In this document: one piece after another, positions 19,395-29,193 of the stretch
Numbering within the stretch: position 1 is the stretch's first letter
Layout: each line of letters begins with the position of its first letter
IMG/VR virus record: IMGVR_UViG_3300047496_000213
Span: 1-64,000 of that record
DNA from: a virus
Reading direction: 5' to 3' (one strand)
Length of the DNA stretch: 64,000 nt
The notes under the pieces: model-generated
Seen by the model: the letters and a program-made list of their open reading frames with translations, nothing else
Told to the model about the DNA's origin: nothing
Databases searched by the model: none
Translations under genes and position numbers: made by a program

Positions 19395-19994
19395 ATGAGC
19401 AGAACAGAACTTTTCATTCTAGGTGGACCCGAGCCGGGTGAACTTGGATCAACCAGCAACTCTTGGCGCGGTGGTATGTATGTCTGGAACGAGATAGCCA
19501 AAAAGTATTTTGGCCTTGAAGGTTTCCCGATGTTCGATCAGAGCAAACAAAATGCCATCTGGAATGCCTCTTTTCCTGAAATGACGTTGGCCGAACACAT
19601 AGTTCTAATGACTACGATGGATAGAGCAACTGTTAAGACTTCGGATTGTGAAGCAATTGCCGTCGCGTTTGAAGAATACTTCAATATGTATCCGTCCAGT
19701 AGTCTTTATGAGCAAGCTCAACTCTTGAGAAGTGTCGTCGTTCATCCTGAAGCAATTATCGCCTGGAATCAAACTTCTGTTTCAGAGTTTTGGGGGATGC
19801 GTTTTGAATATGATGAAGGCACTGATGACGAAGATGAGAATGCGGAAGGTGATTACGTCTTCTATGATCCTTCGACACAAGACAAACATTTTGATGCATA
19901 CGCTGCTGCATTAACAAAATATAGGAAATGGCATGAACCAAAATCTGAGCCCGAACCCACACAATATATGGGGATTCTGCGAACTCTAATTTGA
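19395..19994 (+). CDS. Hypothetical early protein, paralogue A
   Basis: TTGACA upstream; shares NSWRG.MYVW and WNASFPEMTLAEHIVLMTTMD with the next gene. Confidence 0.8.
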   Translation: MSRTELFILGGPEPGELGSTSNSWRGGMYVWNEIAKKYFGLEGFPMFDQSKQNAIWNASFPEMTLAEHIVLMTTMDRATVKTSDCEAIAVAFEEYFNMYPSSSLYEQAQLLRSVVVHPEAIIAWNQTSVSEFWGMRFEYDEGTDDEDENAEGDYVFYDPSTQDKHFDAYAAALTKYRKWHEPKSEPEPTQYMGILRTLI

Positions 19995-20024
19995 CAAAAA
20001 ATCACTCATAGGTTATAAAACAGT

Positions 20025-20558
20025 ATGAGCCGTACTGAAATTTATGCCCTTGGTGGAGCACACAATGGTCTTATTGACGAAGTAAGAAATAGCTGGCGAG
20101 GTGCAATGTATGTCTGGGATGACATCGCCAAACGCTACTTAGGATTTAAAACTTTCTTCTCTTTAAATGAAGAGGATCAAAAGAAAGTATGGAATGCATC
20201 ATTTCCAGAGATGACTTTAGCAGAGCACATAGTTCTTATGACAACTATGGATAATGCAACCGTTAAAATTTATGATGTTGAGGCGGTTGCTTCCGCATTT
20301 GAAGAATATGGAAAAAATCATCCCAATAGCAGTTTCGTTGAACAAGCTGAAATTTTAAGAAACTCTTTGCAAACTACATCATCAAATCCATTTCGAGTTA
20401 TAGCTTGGAACCAGACTTCGGTATCCGAGTTCTGGGGAGAAAAAAATGATGGAGATGGTAACTACACTTATTACGACCCAGATACACAAGATAAGCATTT
20501 TGATGCCTATACAGCAGCGATAGAAAATTATAAAAAATTACATGAAACAAAATCATAA
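20025..20558 (+). CDS. Hypothetical early protein, paralogue B
   Basis: Own TTGACA-17-TATAAA promoter 5 nt before the ATG; tandem duplicate of the previous gene. Confidence 0.8.
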   Translation: MSRTEIYALGGAHNGLIDEVRNSWRGAMYVWDDIAKRYLGFKTFFSLNEEDQKKVWNASFPEMTLAEHIVLMTTMDNATVKIYDVEAVASAFEEYGKNHPNSSFVEQAEILRNSLQTTSSNPFRVIAWNQTSVSEFWGEKNDGDGNYTYYDPDTQDKHFDAYTAAIENYKKLHETKS

Positions 20559-20616
20559 AAAACACTAAATACAGGAATATATTGAACATTTAGTCTACAT
20601 TTAGTATAAATACAGT

Positions 20617-21924
20617 ATGAAAATCTTCAACGCACTCCTTCTTTTGATCACGGCTGGTCTCATTTCGACTATTGCCGCATACATGTCCATTTATGGAATG
20701 TTGGCTCTTTTTCCTACTGGTGGTCTCATCATCGCTTTGATGATGGGTTTCCTTGAATTTGGAAAACTGGTTAATGCCGCTTGGATTCACTCGAACTGGC
20801 GTAGCACAAACGTATCCAGATTGCATAAAACGTATCTGGTTGCCGCTGTCGCATCCTTGATGGTCATTACTTCCATGGGTATTTATGGCTTCCTGGCTAA
20901 ATCTCATTTGGAGCAAACCGGTCCAGAGGGTAATATTCAGGTTCAGATCGATCAAAAGAATCAAGAAATGGCTCCTTTGATCTCGCAGAGAGATCAATTG
21001 TTAAAAGAACAGCAAAGTTCTAATGCTGTTATAAATGGATTATTGCAGTCGAATCAGGCTAAAGGCGCCGGAAAATTCCTTAAGGGGCAGCAAAGCGCAA
21101 ATTCTGGTTTGCAAGCCAAAATCGATGCTGTTGATGCTCAAATCAATCAGAAAAATACTGAACTTGTTCCCTTGAAGTTGAAGGTCAATGAAGTAGAGTC
21201 AAAGCTTGGGCCTATGAAATACGTGGGTAAATTATTTGGCTTCAAGGATTCTGAAAATGCTGTTCAGATGGTCATTGTAATTTTGATTTTCGTATTTGAT
21301 CCCTTGGCTGTCGTCATGCTTATTTCTGGCACAATTACATGGCATGAATTTTTGGAAGAACGCCGTAATAAAAAAAGTACAGCCACGTTGAACCAGTATG
21401 TTGTTCCTACCCAAATTAATCCAGAAGTTACTTCAACACCAATCGAAGAGCCTTTTTGGAAAACTCTTGGCTTTGAAAGTGAAAAAGATAAACATGAATA
21501 TGAAGAAAAACTTCGTGGTTCAAAAGTAGCACCAGAAATAGTTCCAGAAATAGTTCCAGAAGTGATTCCAGAAATAGTTCCAGAAGTGATTCCAGAAATA
21601 GTTCCAGAAGTGATTCCAGAAATAGTTCCAGAAGTGATTCCTGAAGTGGTAATTGAACCGGTTGCGCCTAAACCTTTATGGAATGCTGGTCGATCCGTTG
21701 CATCGGAAGTTCCTGAAACTCGAATTGTTGATTATGGTCCAGTTTCTACTAAAACCGATGATCGTAAATACGCTACTTTACAAACAGAGGCGGAACTTGA
21801 AGAAAAGAAAAACCCTGTTGATTTGAGAGATCAGTTGGTTGCTCTTCTAGAAAAGAATCCAGCACTATTAGCAGATATTATGGCGGCTATTGACGAAGCC
21901 AAAACAGCTAGGGAATCAATCTGA
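20617..21924 (+). CDS. Membrane-anchored coiled-coil protein with PEIV/PEVI repeats
   Basis: 3 N-terminal TM helices, Q-rich coiled coil, VFDPLAV TM segment; TATAAATA 4 nt upstream. Confidence 0.8.
   Translation: MKIFNALLLLITAGLISTIAAYMSIYGMLALFPTGGLIIALMMGFLEFGKLVNAAWIHSNWRSTNVSRLHKTYLVAAVASLMVITSMGIYGFLAKSHLEQTGPEGNIQVQIDQKNQEMAPLISQRDQLLKEQQSSNAVINGLLQSNQAKGAGKFLKGQQSANSGLQAKIDAVDAQINQKNTELVPLKLKVNEVESKLGPMKYVGKLFGFKDSENAVQMVIVILIFVFDPLAVVMLISGTITWHEFLEERRNKKSTATLNQYVVPTQINPEVTSTPIEEPFWKTLGFESEKDKHEYEEKLRGSKVAPEIVPEIVPEVIPEIVPEVIPEIVPEVIPEIVPEVIPEVVIEPVAPKPLWNAGRSVASEVPETRIVDYGPVSTKTDDRKYATLQTEAELEEKKNPVDLRDQLVALLEKNPALLADIMAAIDEAKTARESI
21532..21651 (+). repeat. In-frame 12-bp tandem repeat (about 10 units)
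   Basis: Alternating ccagaaatagtt / ccagaagtgatt. Confidence 0.9.
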
Positions 21925-22497
21925 AGATGACCCTCGTTGAAGAAATGGATCATTAATCACAAATTCATTTCCTCGTTTCATGTAATTTTTTTCATGTAAA
22001 TCGAAACCGATACTGTCATTTTTGTTAGCATAATCGATCAATCCTCTAAAGGTCATCAGTAGATTCTTCAAATCTGGATTCTTTTCTATAAATTTGTCAA
22101 TTTTTGGATTGTTTATATCGTGATACATGAATAATAATGGAGCAATTCGGCGCCATTCTTGAGACGTAAGTGGTGTTAGTTCTTCTGCTCGCACCATTCG
22201 ATAGTCTTTATTGATTTTTACGCTGTTTCCTCTAAACTTCGGAAGACATGGGCTTTTATGCGTCTGACAATAATTCAAAAAATATTGAAATGGTGTATCA
22301 GAAGCTAAGAAAATTTTGACTACTAAATTGGGGTTGGTTTTATACGCAAACAATCTGCTCTGTGATCCCATGCCTATATACTCAAAACCTTTTTCTTCCA
22401 TGTATTCAACTATACTTGTATCCCATGGCATTGGAGCGACCATAGCTAATTTTCTAGCACGATCACTTTTTATTCCGTAAAGTTCATGAAGTTTCAT
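21916..22497 (-). CDS. Protein-kinase-like fold protein, putative virion internal protein
   Basis: YIGMGSQSRLF (Gly loop), VVKIF, DLHEKNYM, INDP; TAAATA 5 nt upstream. Confidence 0.75.
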   Translation of the reverse strand: MKLHELYGIKSDRARKLAMVAPMPWDTSIVEYMEEKGFEYIGMGSQSRLFAYKTNPNLVVKIFLASDTPFQYFLNYCQTHKSPCLPKFRGNSVKINKDYRMVRAEELTPLTSQEWRRIAPLLFMYHDINNPKIDKFIEKNPDLKNLLMTFRGLIDYANKNDSIGFDLHEKNYMKRGNEFVINDPFLQRGSSSD

Positions 22498-22509
22498 ATG
22501 ATTATTTAA

Positions 22510-23334
22510 TTATTTACTTATAATTGCGCGCGGAAATGAAATTCCTTCTAAATTGAATATTTTTTCTTTTCGCTCAAGATGAATAGTAGAATCTTTGTAA
22601 AGCCATTTTTTAAATTCTTGAATATCTTGTTGTTTTCCTATACGTAAATCACTCATTTCTGTATATTTTCTGTCTCGTATGAATGTTTTACACGGCAAAT
22701 ATTTTGCCATTTCATCTAAAAAAGTCCTCGTTCCTATTATAGAAATGCCCAATCGTTCAGTTCTCTTTACTTTAAATATGCTCCCGTCCGCATCAAAATA
22801 TCCTCTCACAAAATGATTTATCAAATGTTTTGGAACGGTATTTTGAGAAGGCATCGTAAGCGTTTTGCTTTTAGCTTGTGGACACCCTTTTTCTGCTAAT
22901 GCTTGACTAATGTGTTTACCAAATAGTGCGAATACATAGGTTTCAGAACGTGCATAACCATCGGCTGTTCGTTTTTTCTGATTTAATATGTGAAATGGAT
23001 GATTACTTTCCATAGCTGTTCTGATTTTATCAAGAATTTCGTAATCAGTAATTCTTATGGCTATATTGTTCTTGTTTTCATAATTATAACCATCTCCGTA
23101 ATAAAATCCAAGAACATATGCTTTTTGTTCGGTATCTATATTATCAAAAAAATGTATATTATACTTATAAGTTGAACAAGATTCACTCAAAGTTCTACGA
23201 TTTACTGATAATATATCTAAACATCTGCCTACGGTAGGAGAAGATACATTAAATTTTTCAGATATTTCGGCTAATGTTGATCCATTTTTATACATTTGGA
23301 CAACTTCGTTAGTATGTTTTTCTAATTTACGCAT
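22510..23334 (-). CDS. LAGLIDADG homing endonuclease with N-terminal HTH
   Basis: AYVLGFYYGDG and HFVRGYFDADGS. Confidence 0.9.
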   Translation of the reverse strand: MRKLEKHTNEVVQMYKNGSTLAEISEKFNVSSPTVGRCLDILSVNRRTLSESCSTYKYNIHFFDNIDTEQKAYVLGFYYGDGYNYENKNNIAIRITDYEILDKIRTAMESNHPFHILNQKKRTADGYARSETYVFALFGKHISQALAEKGCPQAKSKTLTMPSQNTVPKHLINHFVRGYFDADGSIFKVKRTERLGISIIGTRTFLDEMAKYLPCKTFIRDRKYTEMSDLRIGKQQDIQEFKKWLYKDSTIHLERKEKIFNLEGISFPRAIISK

Positions 23335-23367
23335 AATGTATTTATCTAAACCATACTGGACCGGCGT

Positions 23368-23895
23368 TTATAACGATTTTCGTTGTTCTTTTATGGCTGC
23401 ACTCATGTCACTTAAATGCCATGCAGTCACCTTGATGGATCGATTTAAATGCTTGCACACTATTCCTTTAAGATGCGGATTTCTTATATGAGGAAATCTA
23501 ACTTCTGGAATGATCGCGGCATCAAGTTGAGTTAAGATATACTGTGAGCCCCAAAATTTAAAACTAGGGCACGGACAGTGGACACGTATGTTCGACCCCC
23601 AAAGTAACAATCTTGCGACTTCTGGTGCCGTTAAAGATAAATCTCGTTTTTGCTCTTCCCAATCTACCCATTGAATATAAGTATTCCATCCGTTATAAGA
23701 ATTTGGAACAAAATACTTCATTGTGTCACCTTTAATGCCAACAATTTTTACATATTTTATTAGCGGAGCATAGTCACGGTGAGGAAGATTATTCGGATTG
23801 ATTTCCGCCATGAAATCTTTATAGGTTGCCTCATCCAAGATCGGAGGAACGTGATCCTCAAAATAGGCATGTAGGTGGGGATGAATATGATCCAT
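23368..23895 (-). CDS. SWIM-type zinc-finger protein
   Basis: VHCPCPSFKFWG...GIVCKHL. Confidence 0.7.
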   Translation of the reverse strand: MDHIHPHLHAYFEDHVPPILDEATYKDFMAEINPNNLPHRDYAPLIKYVKIVGIKGDTMKYFVPNSYNGWNTYIQWVDWEEQKRDLSLTAPEVARLLLWGSNIRVHCPCPSFKFWGSQYILTQLDAAIIPEVRFPHIRNPHLKGIVCKHLNRSIKVTAWHLSDMSAAIKEQRKSL

Positions 23896-23906
23896 CGACT
23901 ATTTAT

Positions 23907-24331
23907 TCAATCTTCATCTGATTCATCGCCAAACCAATCTTCATCTGATTCATCGCCAAACTTTGAATAGTTTGAATCTGTTACATCTACGGTTGATTCA
24001 TCATCTCGTTGTGCTAAAATACGAAACTCGCCGAGTCTTTGTATATTTTGATTATGATAAATTGCTGGAATTATTTCATCATTTATATATGTTTCATCGT
24101 ATTCATAAGCATGATGTAACATAAGGTAAACTCTTACATTATATCTCTTGCCAGAATATTGTGCTCCGATAAAAGCGGTTGGATATTTCGGATCGATTTC
24201 ATTAACATAGGCTTGATTTATTTGTTCGTGCGTCGCTAAATTAGACTTCCGTGATAATAACCGTCATTGAAACCTTTTGGTAAAGAAACTCTATTTCTCA
24301 ACGTTTCTACAAGGTTGATCCACTCGCGCAT
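23907..24331 (-). pseudogene. Disrupted ART-like gene, paralogue of 24833..25396
   Basis: TATAAATA-gtgg-ATG, MREWINLVE...YYHGS, then a frame change near 24245; continues into the 23907..24122 ORF, which ends in a duplicated FGDESDED. Confidence 0.6.
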
Positions 24332-24418
24332 CCACTATTTATAATGATAAAAACTCTTGACTAAAAATCTTTCTTGAGATAGCCTTGGATTATCGAAACC
24401 ATTTTAAAGGAGATAAAA

Positions 24419-24760
24419 ATGCGCAATAGTTTGAATCGTAAGCCTTCGCCGCTTAGTGTTTGGCGGGCTCAATATAACTATGTCAGTTCCCAGATTCGCA
24501 AGACGAAGGATGCGAATAAGTCTGGAAGCAAGGCAGTGGCCAATTTGGAATGTTTCATTAATCTGGAAGTTGGTGGTGGTTATACGCCTGCTCAAATTGA
24601 ACTCTTCTTGCGCTTGATTCGCCTTGTGAAGGACAATGCCACCAATCAACGAAATGTTATCTATCTTCGCAAGGAAGCTCGTCGCTTGATGGGAACGCGC
24701 GCGTCGGCTCGCGATCTTGCCCGCGCTATGTGGCAATCAAACCAGCGCGGTTCTATTTAA
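24419..24760 (+). CDS. Hypothetical basic early protein
   Basis: TTGACT promoter, SD AGGAG, terminator downstream. Confidence 0.75.
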   Translation: MRNSLNRKPSPLSVWRAQYNYVSSQIRKTKDANKSGSKAVANLECFINLEVGGGYTPAQIELFLRLIRLVKDNATNQRNVIYLRKEARRLMGTRASARDLARAMWQSNQRGSI

Positions 24761-24762
24761 AT

Positions 24763-24796
24763 TTCTGGGGCCGGTAATACGGCCCCAGAACCTTTT
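24763..24796 (+). terminator. Rho-independent terminator
   Basis: ttctggggccg-gtaata-cggccccagaa-cctttt. Confidence 0.75.
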
Positions 24797-24832
24797 ATTA
24801 TTGAAATCGTTCGTATGCATTATAAATAATGA

Positions 24833-25396
24833 ATGCGCGAGTGGATTAATCTTTTCGAAGACCCAAGGATCAATCATCCTAAGAGAATTAATACGGCTGA
24901 ATCCGAAGGTTTTGACACTAGCAAAATTTGGTATCATGGCTCTGGTAAAACTTTCACTAAGTTCAAAGAACCTGACGATAAAGGGATAAATGAGCTTGGT
25001 ATTGGTGTTTATCTTACCAGCGAAAAATATTTAGCTAATACATGGGCTCGCCGAGGCGGAAAAATATACGAATGTTTCATAAAGCCAGGAGATATTTACG
25101 ATTTCTCTAAACCATTGACTCCCGCAGTTATAAATCGTCTTCATACGGGTCATTCAAAATTCATGGAAAATCGTTATGGACCCAAATCCGCATATTCTCT
25201 TAAATCTTTTATGAATATTTTGAGAAATAAAACCGACCGTCAAACAAACAAAACTTATCTGCATCCTGATGCCAATAAATTATTGAATTTGTCTGGTTAT
25301 ATCGGAGCTATCGATCATCGTAGTCAGATACCGGGCCAAATTGTCATTTTTGATCCACGAAATGTTTTCATATTACGTCGGCTTCCCGGTGAATAA
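24833..25396 (+). CDS. ADP-ribosyltransferase-like protein (polyvalent-protein type)
   Basis: WYHGS, LGIGVYLT, GYIG, QIVIFDP; TATAAATA 4 nt upstream; N-terminus MREWINLFE. Confidence 0.75.
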   Translation: MREWINLFEDPRINHPKRINTAESEGFDTSKIWYHGSGKTFTKFKEPDDKGINELGIGVYLTSEKYLANTWARRGGKIYECFIKPGDIYDFSKPLTPAVINRLHTGHSKFMENRYGPKSAYSLKSFMNILRNKTDRQTNKTYLHPDANKLLNLSGYIGAIDHRSQIPGQIVIFDPRNVFILRRLPGE

Positions 25397-25462
25397 TCGT
25401 TTGATAAACTAAAAATTGATGATATATGTAGGGTCAATTTTTTGTCCAACAAGGGTTTTGAA

Positions 25463-26137
25463 ATGTCTTCCGAAGCGGTTATTGTTCTAGAAGCTGGAAC
25501 GGTCGTAGATCGTTCAAAGCTAGCATCTATGTCGAATGAAAAAATTGCTGAGATTATGGCTGATCTGTATAAGACTCCCGATGCCCGCGTCGTTTTCACG
25601 GATAACGCTGCTCGTTTTTTCAGCGTTGATTCGGTGTTGGCCGCATTGGAGACTGATACTGCGCCGCATCTTGATTTGTTGCTTGCATATAATTCTTTGC
25701 AACTGGCTTCCGAAGATTTGGCGGCCGTTGAGCGTTCCATGCGTGTTAAGAAATATGTCAGAGATACTATCAAGGAACGTATAAAGTCTAGTTTGCCTCT
25801 TTACGTTTTTGAGACTGTTCCTTCTGATTGGAATATTGATACGAACCTCACGATTACATCGAGAATCATTCGTCGAGTCAACAGAGGGGAATGGGAATCT
25901 TATTCCATCGGCGTGAAAACTTGTGAATCTCTGTGGCTGCATGTTGCTCCGCTTTGGGCAAAGCAAGTTCGCCACTTGGATACGTATTATGTTCGCGCCA
26001 GCGGTTATAATGAATCGACTCGCGCCACCGATACCAATGTTCAAATCGGTTGCCAAACGGTGCAACGCTATGAATTAGAGCAAGTAGCTCTCAAATTCGG
26101 CTGGGCCTTCCCAACGACTGCAACAACGGAGCAATAA
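25463..26137 (+). CDS. Hypothetical protein
   Basis: Long ORF with sigma70-like promoter upstream. Confidence 0.65.
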   Translation: MSSEAVIVLEAGTVVDRSKLASMSNEKIAEIMADLYKTPDARVVFTDNAARFFSVDSVLAALETDTAPHLDLLLAYNSLQLASEDLAAVERSMRVKKYVRDTIKERIKSSLPLYVFETVPSDWNIDTNLTITSRIIRRVNRGEWESYSIGVKTCESLWLHVAPLWAKQVRHLDTYYVRASGYNESTRATDTNVQIGCQTVQRYELEQVALKFGWAFPTTATTEQ

Positions 26138-26138
26138 T

Positions 26139-26429
26139 ATGAAGAAATTCTGGCTTTGGTCAAGTGTCGGTGTTGGTTCTATCGCTGTCTTTCTTTGGAT
26201 GACGGGAATTATCGGATGGACCGACAATGGTGCCACCAGACGAGCCCTGGCAGGGTCAGGATATACCAATGTCCAAATTAAGGGTTATCCCTTGTTTGGA
26301 ATTGGTTGTGATCATACTGACACCGTTCGAACCAAGTTCGAAGCTACTTCCTCTACCGGTGTCAAGATCACTGGTGTCGTTTGTAAGGGTTGGGGTTTTG
26401 GTAAAGCTTCAACCATTCGCACGTTCTGA
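26139..26429 (+). CDS. Small membrane-anchored phage protein
   Basis: N-terminal TM; GYTNVQIKGY..FGC...TKFEA...GVVCKG. Confidence 0.7.
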   Translation: MKKFWLWSSVGVGSIAVFLWMTGIIGWTDNGATRRALAGSGYTNVQIKGYPLFGIGCDHTDTVRTKFEATSSTGVKITGVVCKGWGFGKASTIRTF

Positions 26430-26482
26430 TCTATCGCGTAATGTTCAGATGTAAGGAGAATGGGAGTGCTCCCTTTTCTAAC

Positions 26483-27052
26483 ATGCAAACAACTTCTGAA
26501 AAAGTAATTGAAATATTAAAAAACAAACATCGGTTGGATACACGATATTTTTTTGGTAATTCAACAATAAATAAATCCTCAATTCAATATGCGGAAAAAA
26601 TAGCTGACGATTTGGCTAGAAACTGGAAACATTCATATGATAAAATCAAAAGAAGAACTTCGGTCCAACGAAATATTCGTATGATTTTATCAGAAGCGCA
26701 AAACCACAGATGTTGCTATTGTGGTTTTGCGTTTTCATATAGAGACATTTATGATAGTCGAGGAAAAAATAATATTAGAACCGCAACTTATGAACATGTA
26801 ATAAATGTATCAGATATTGAGTGCTCCAAAAATCAAAAACGAAAGTATCTCGATTTTTCTAATATAGCTATAGCCTGTAATTTATGTAACTCGATTAGAG
26901 CTAAAACGACGTTCGATGCCTATCAATTTTATGATTGGGTTCAAAATCATTTAGACATCATCCAATATATCGCAGATGGTAAAATTAAAGCAAATCGGAA
27001 AACAATGCTGCCATATTTTGGAAAAGAGTATTGTCGGCCAGGATTTAAGTGA
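26483..27052 (+). CDS. HNH-like protein
   Basis: SEAQNHRCCYCG...TYEHV...NIAIACNLCN. Confidence 0.75.
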   Translation: MQTTSEKVIEILKNKHRLDTRYFFGNSTINKSSIQYAEKIADDLARNWKHSYDKIKRRTSVQRNIRMILSEAQNHRCCYCGFAFSYRDIYDSRGKNNIRTATYEHVINVSDIECSKNQKRKYLDFSNIAIACNLCNSIRAKTTFDAYQFYDWVQNHLDIIQYIADGKIKANRKTMLPYFGKEYCRPGFK

Positions 27053-27984
27053 TGACCGATACTTATAAAATAGCGAAAACGCGTAAAAGATTGTTGGAAT
27101 CTCAAAATCATAGATGTGCTACCTGCACTAAATCTATAGAGTTTGATACATCTGGATGTATTGTTTTTAATAGACTGCAACCACGGACATATAATAATAG
27201 TGTTGCGTTATGTTTAGAATGCTCAAGTCGTCAAGGAATATATTCATCCTTGATGGAATATTATAATGATATGAATCGGTATAGTCAAAAAATAAAACCT
27301 GAGCAAAAAATATATCCAGATCATCCGAAGATAGTTATAACTAAATTAGCGAATTTGTGTTTAAAAAATAATATTCATTTTCAATATTGGGTTTTTAATA
27401 TGGAGAATTATAAGTATTGTCCACCTGAGTTTTTAGACGCGGTAGTTGAAGCATTATTCAGAAGACTTCAAAATAAATTAAGTATTGATGACGCTCTGTC
27501 AAAACGACGGAAAATGACTGTTTCTGAAGCACAAAATCATCGTTGTTGTTATTGTGGATATCGTTTCACACATGAAGAACCAGAAAATTCAGTAAGAAGT
27601 TGGTCATGGGAACATGTCGTTGATCGCAATGACAAAGAACGTGAACGCACACATGAATATGATAATTTGGTTATCGCTTGCCATTTGTGTAATTCTCTGA
27701 GAGGGAAAACACATTGGTCTGTCGAGATTTTTTATGATTGGATAAAAAATAATTTAGAATTTTTATATTCCTCGGCGGAAAATGAATGGAAAAATTTTGC
27801 TGATTTAGTTCATATAACTCAAATATACGCTATTGATAATGGACTTAACTGGGGAACTGAACGATTTTCTACTCAAGAATTATGGGTTCCTTGGCGGATA
27901 AGAAACTTGATTAATGCAGAAAGTCCTGATATAGAATGTCCAAGTTCCTCCATTCCAGGGGTGGATATGGAAGAGCCCGCGTAA
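27049..27984 (+). CDS. HNH-like protein with two Zn/HNH modules
   Basis: ESQNHRCATC and SEAQNHRCCYCG...WEHV...NLVIACHLCN. Confidence 0.75.
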   Translation: MMTDTYKIAKTRKRLLESQNHRCATCTKSIEFDTSGCIVFNRLQPRTYNNSVALCLECSSRQGIYSSLMEYYNDMNRYSQKIKPEQKIYPDHPKIVITKLANLCLKNNIHFQYWVFNMENYKYCPPEFLDAVVEALFRRLQNKLSIDDALSKRRKMTVSEAQNHRCCYCGYRFTHEEPENSVRSWSWEHVVDRNDKERERTHEYDNLVIACHLCNSLRGKTHWSVEIFYDWIKNNLEFLYSSAENEWKNFADLVHITQIYAIDNGLNWGTERFSTQELWVPWRIRNLINAESPDIECPSSSIPGVDMEEPA

Positions 27985-27986
27985 TG

Positions 27987-28018
27987 GAAAACCCTCATTT
28001 TAACGAATGAGGGTTTTC
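27987..28018. terminator. Rho-independent terminator
   Basis: gaaaaccctcatt-N6-aatgagggttttc. Confidence 0.75.
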
Positions 28019-28244
28019 TGTTGAATATTGAGTTATAATTCTAAAATATTATCGCTACCATAGTAATCAATGCGCCAAGCTATAATTTTATCTCCTTTTT
28101 CTAAGTTATCTTTTGCGGTAATTACATACATAATTTCTGCCTATGGCAAAATGTTTAACTACGATGGTTGTGCTCATCGTTTGAATCTTTATTTATCTTA
28201 TCTCTCTTGACAAGTCAATATATTGCTGATATTAATAAAATAAA

Positions 28245-28523
28245 ATGAAAAATGAAAATGAAATACAGATGGATTTTTATCAAAAATGTGCTAATCTCTT
28301 CGGGCTCGAAAGCGATTATAAGCCATTTCCCTACAGAAAAAGAACTCGCTGGAACAATCGTTCCGCTGGTAATGGCCGCTACGAAGGTAGAGGATTGATC
28401 AGAATGTTCTCTCCAACACTAATTATCGTCACTCTGCATAATCCAAAATTGACCGGACAATTCAAGTCTGGTGACGAAGCCTTATTGGCTATTGAACAAG
28501 CATTGGTAATAGCCAATGGCTAA
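28245..28523 (+). CDS. Hypothetical early protein
   Basis: TTGACA upstream; RTRWNNRSAGNGRY. Confidence 0.7.
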   Translation: MKNENEIQMDFYQKCANLFGLESDYKPFPYRKRTRWNNRSAGNGRYEGRGLIRMFSPTLIIVTLHNPKLTGQFKSGDEALLAIEQALVIANG

Positions 28524-29095
28524 GCCCAGCTAACTCCCATATTGTTCTGCTGAGCATAGTCTAATATTTTCATTAAAGTGCTGATGTATCGAGTAATTTG
28601 AGTGTCATCAACACCAAAATCTAGCATTTGCGGCCCTGTTGTTATTCTTGGAATATCACCGCTTCGATCAACTTTACGTTCGCCTTTGAATTCGGTTGGT
28701 TCTATTTGATAGGATTTAGTATCACCATTCATCAACCGGATTAGTCGTCTCTTAATGGTTGGTATTTCATTCGGCGGAATCCATCCCGAGTAGTCATCAC
28801 ACTCCACTCCCAACAAACTACATACGACTTGCATATTTCTATTGGAAACATTCATCATCGGAAAATTATATATTGTTTCTGTTTCAATTCCGGTTCCTTG
28901 ACAATACGGGCAAATATTTTTTCTACCGTAGAATTCACCATATTTTGTATCAGAGCACTCTGAACAAGGCTTTTCCATTTTCTCGGAACCATTTGGTGGA
29001 AAGTCGATATATTTTTCCCCATCTCTTATAGATAGCACGGCGGGATGAAAGTCTACACTTTCAGTTATCTGGATCGCATCAATAAAGTTTCTCAT
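28520..29095 (-). CDS. Zn-finger protein, putative virion internal protein
   Basis: CSEC...CPYCQGTG; N-terminus MRNFIDAIQITES; ATAAATA 6 nt upstream. Confidence 0.7.
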   Translation of the reverse strand: MRNFIDAIQITESVDFHPAVLSIRDGEKYIDFPPNGSEKMEKPCSECSDTKYGEFYGRKNICPYCQGTGIETETIYNFPMMNVSNRNMQVVCSLLGVECDDYSGWIPPNEIPTIKRRLIRLMNGDTKSYQIEPTEFKGERKVDRSGDIPRITTGPQMLDFGVDDTQITRYISTLMKILDYAQQNNMGVSWA

Positions 29096-29193
29096 AAAAA
29101 TTATTTATCTTATGCCTTGACGAATAATCGATTCGTGGTATCTTACAAATATAAGCGATCAACGGTATCGCATTCGCAAAGGAGATCAACATC

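Noticed and set aside
21532-21651. CRISPR array
   Set aside because: These are contiguous 12-bp in-frame coding repeats with no spacers, and there are no cas genes.
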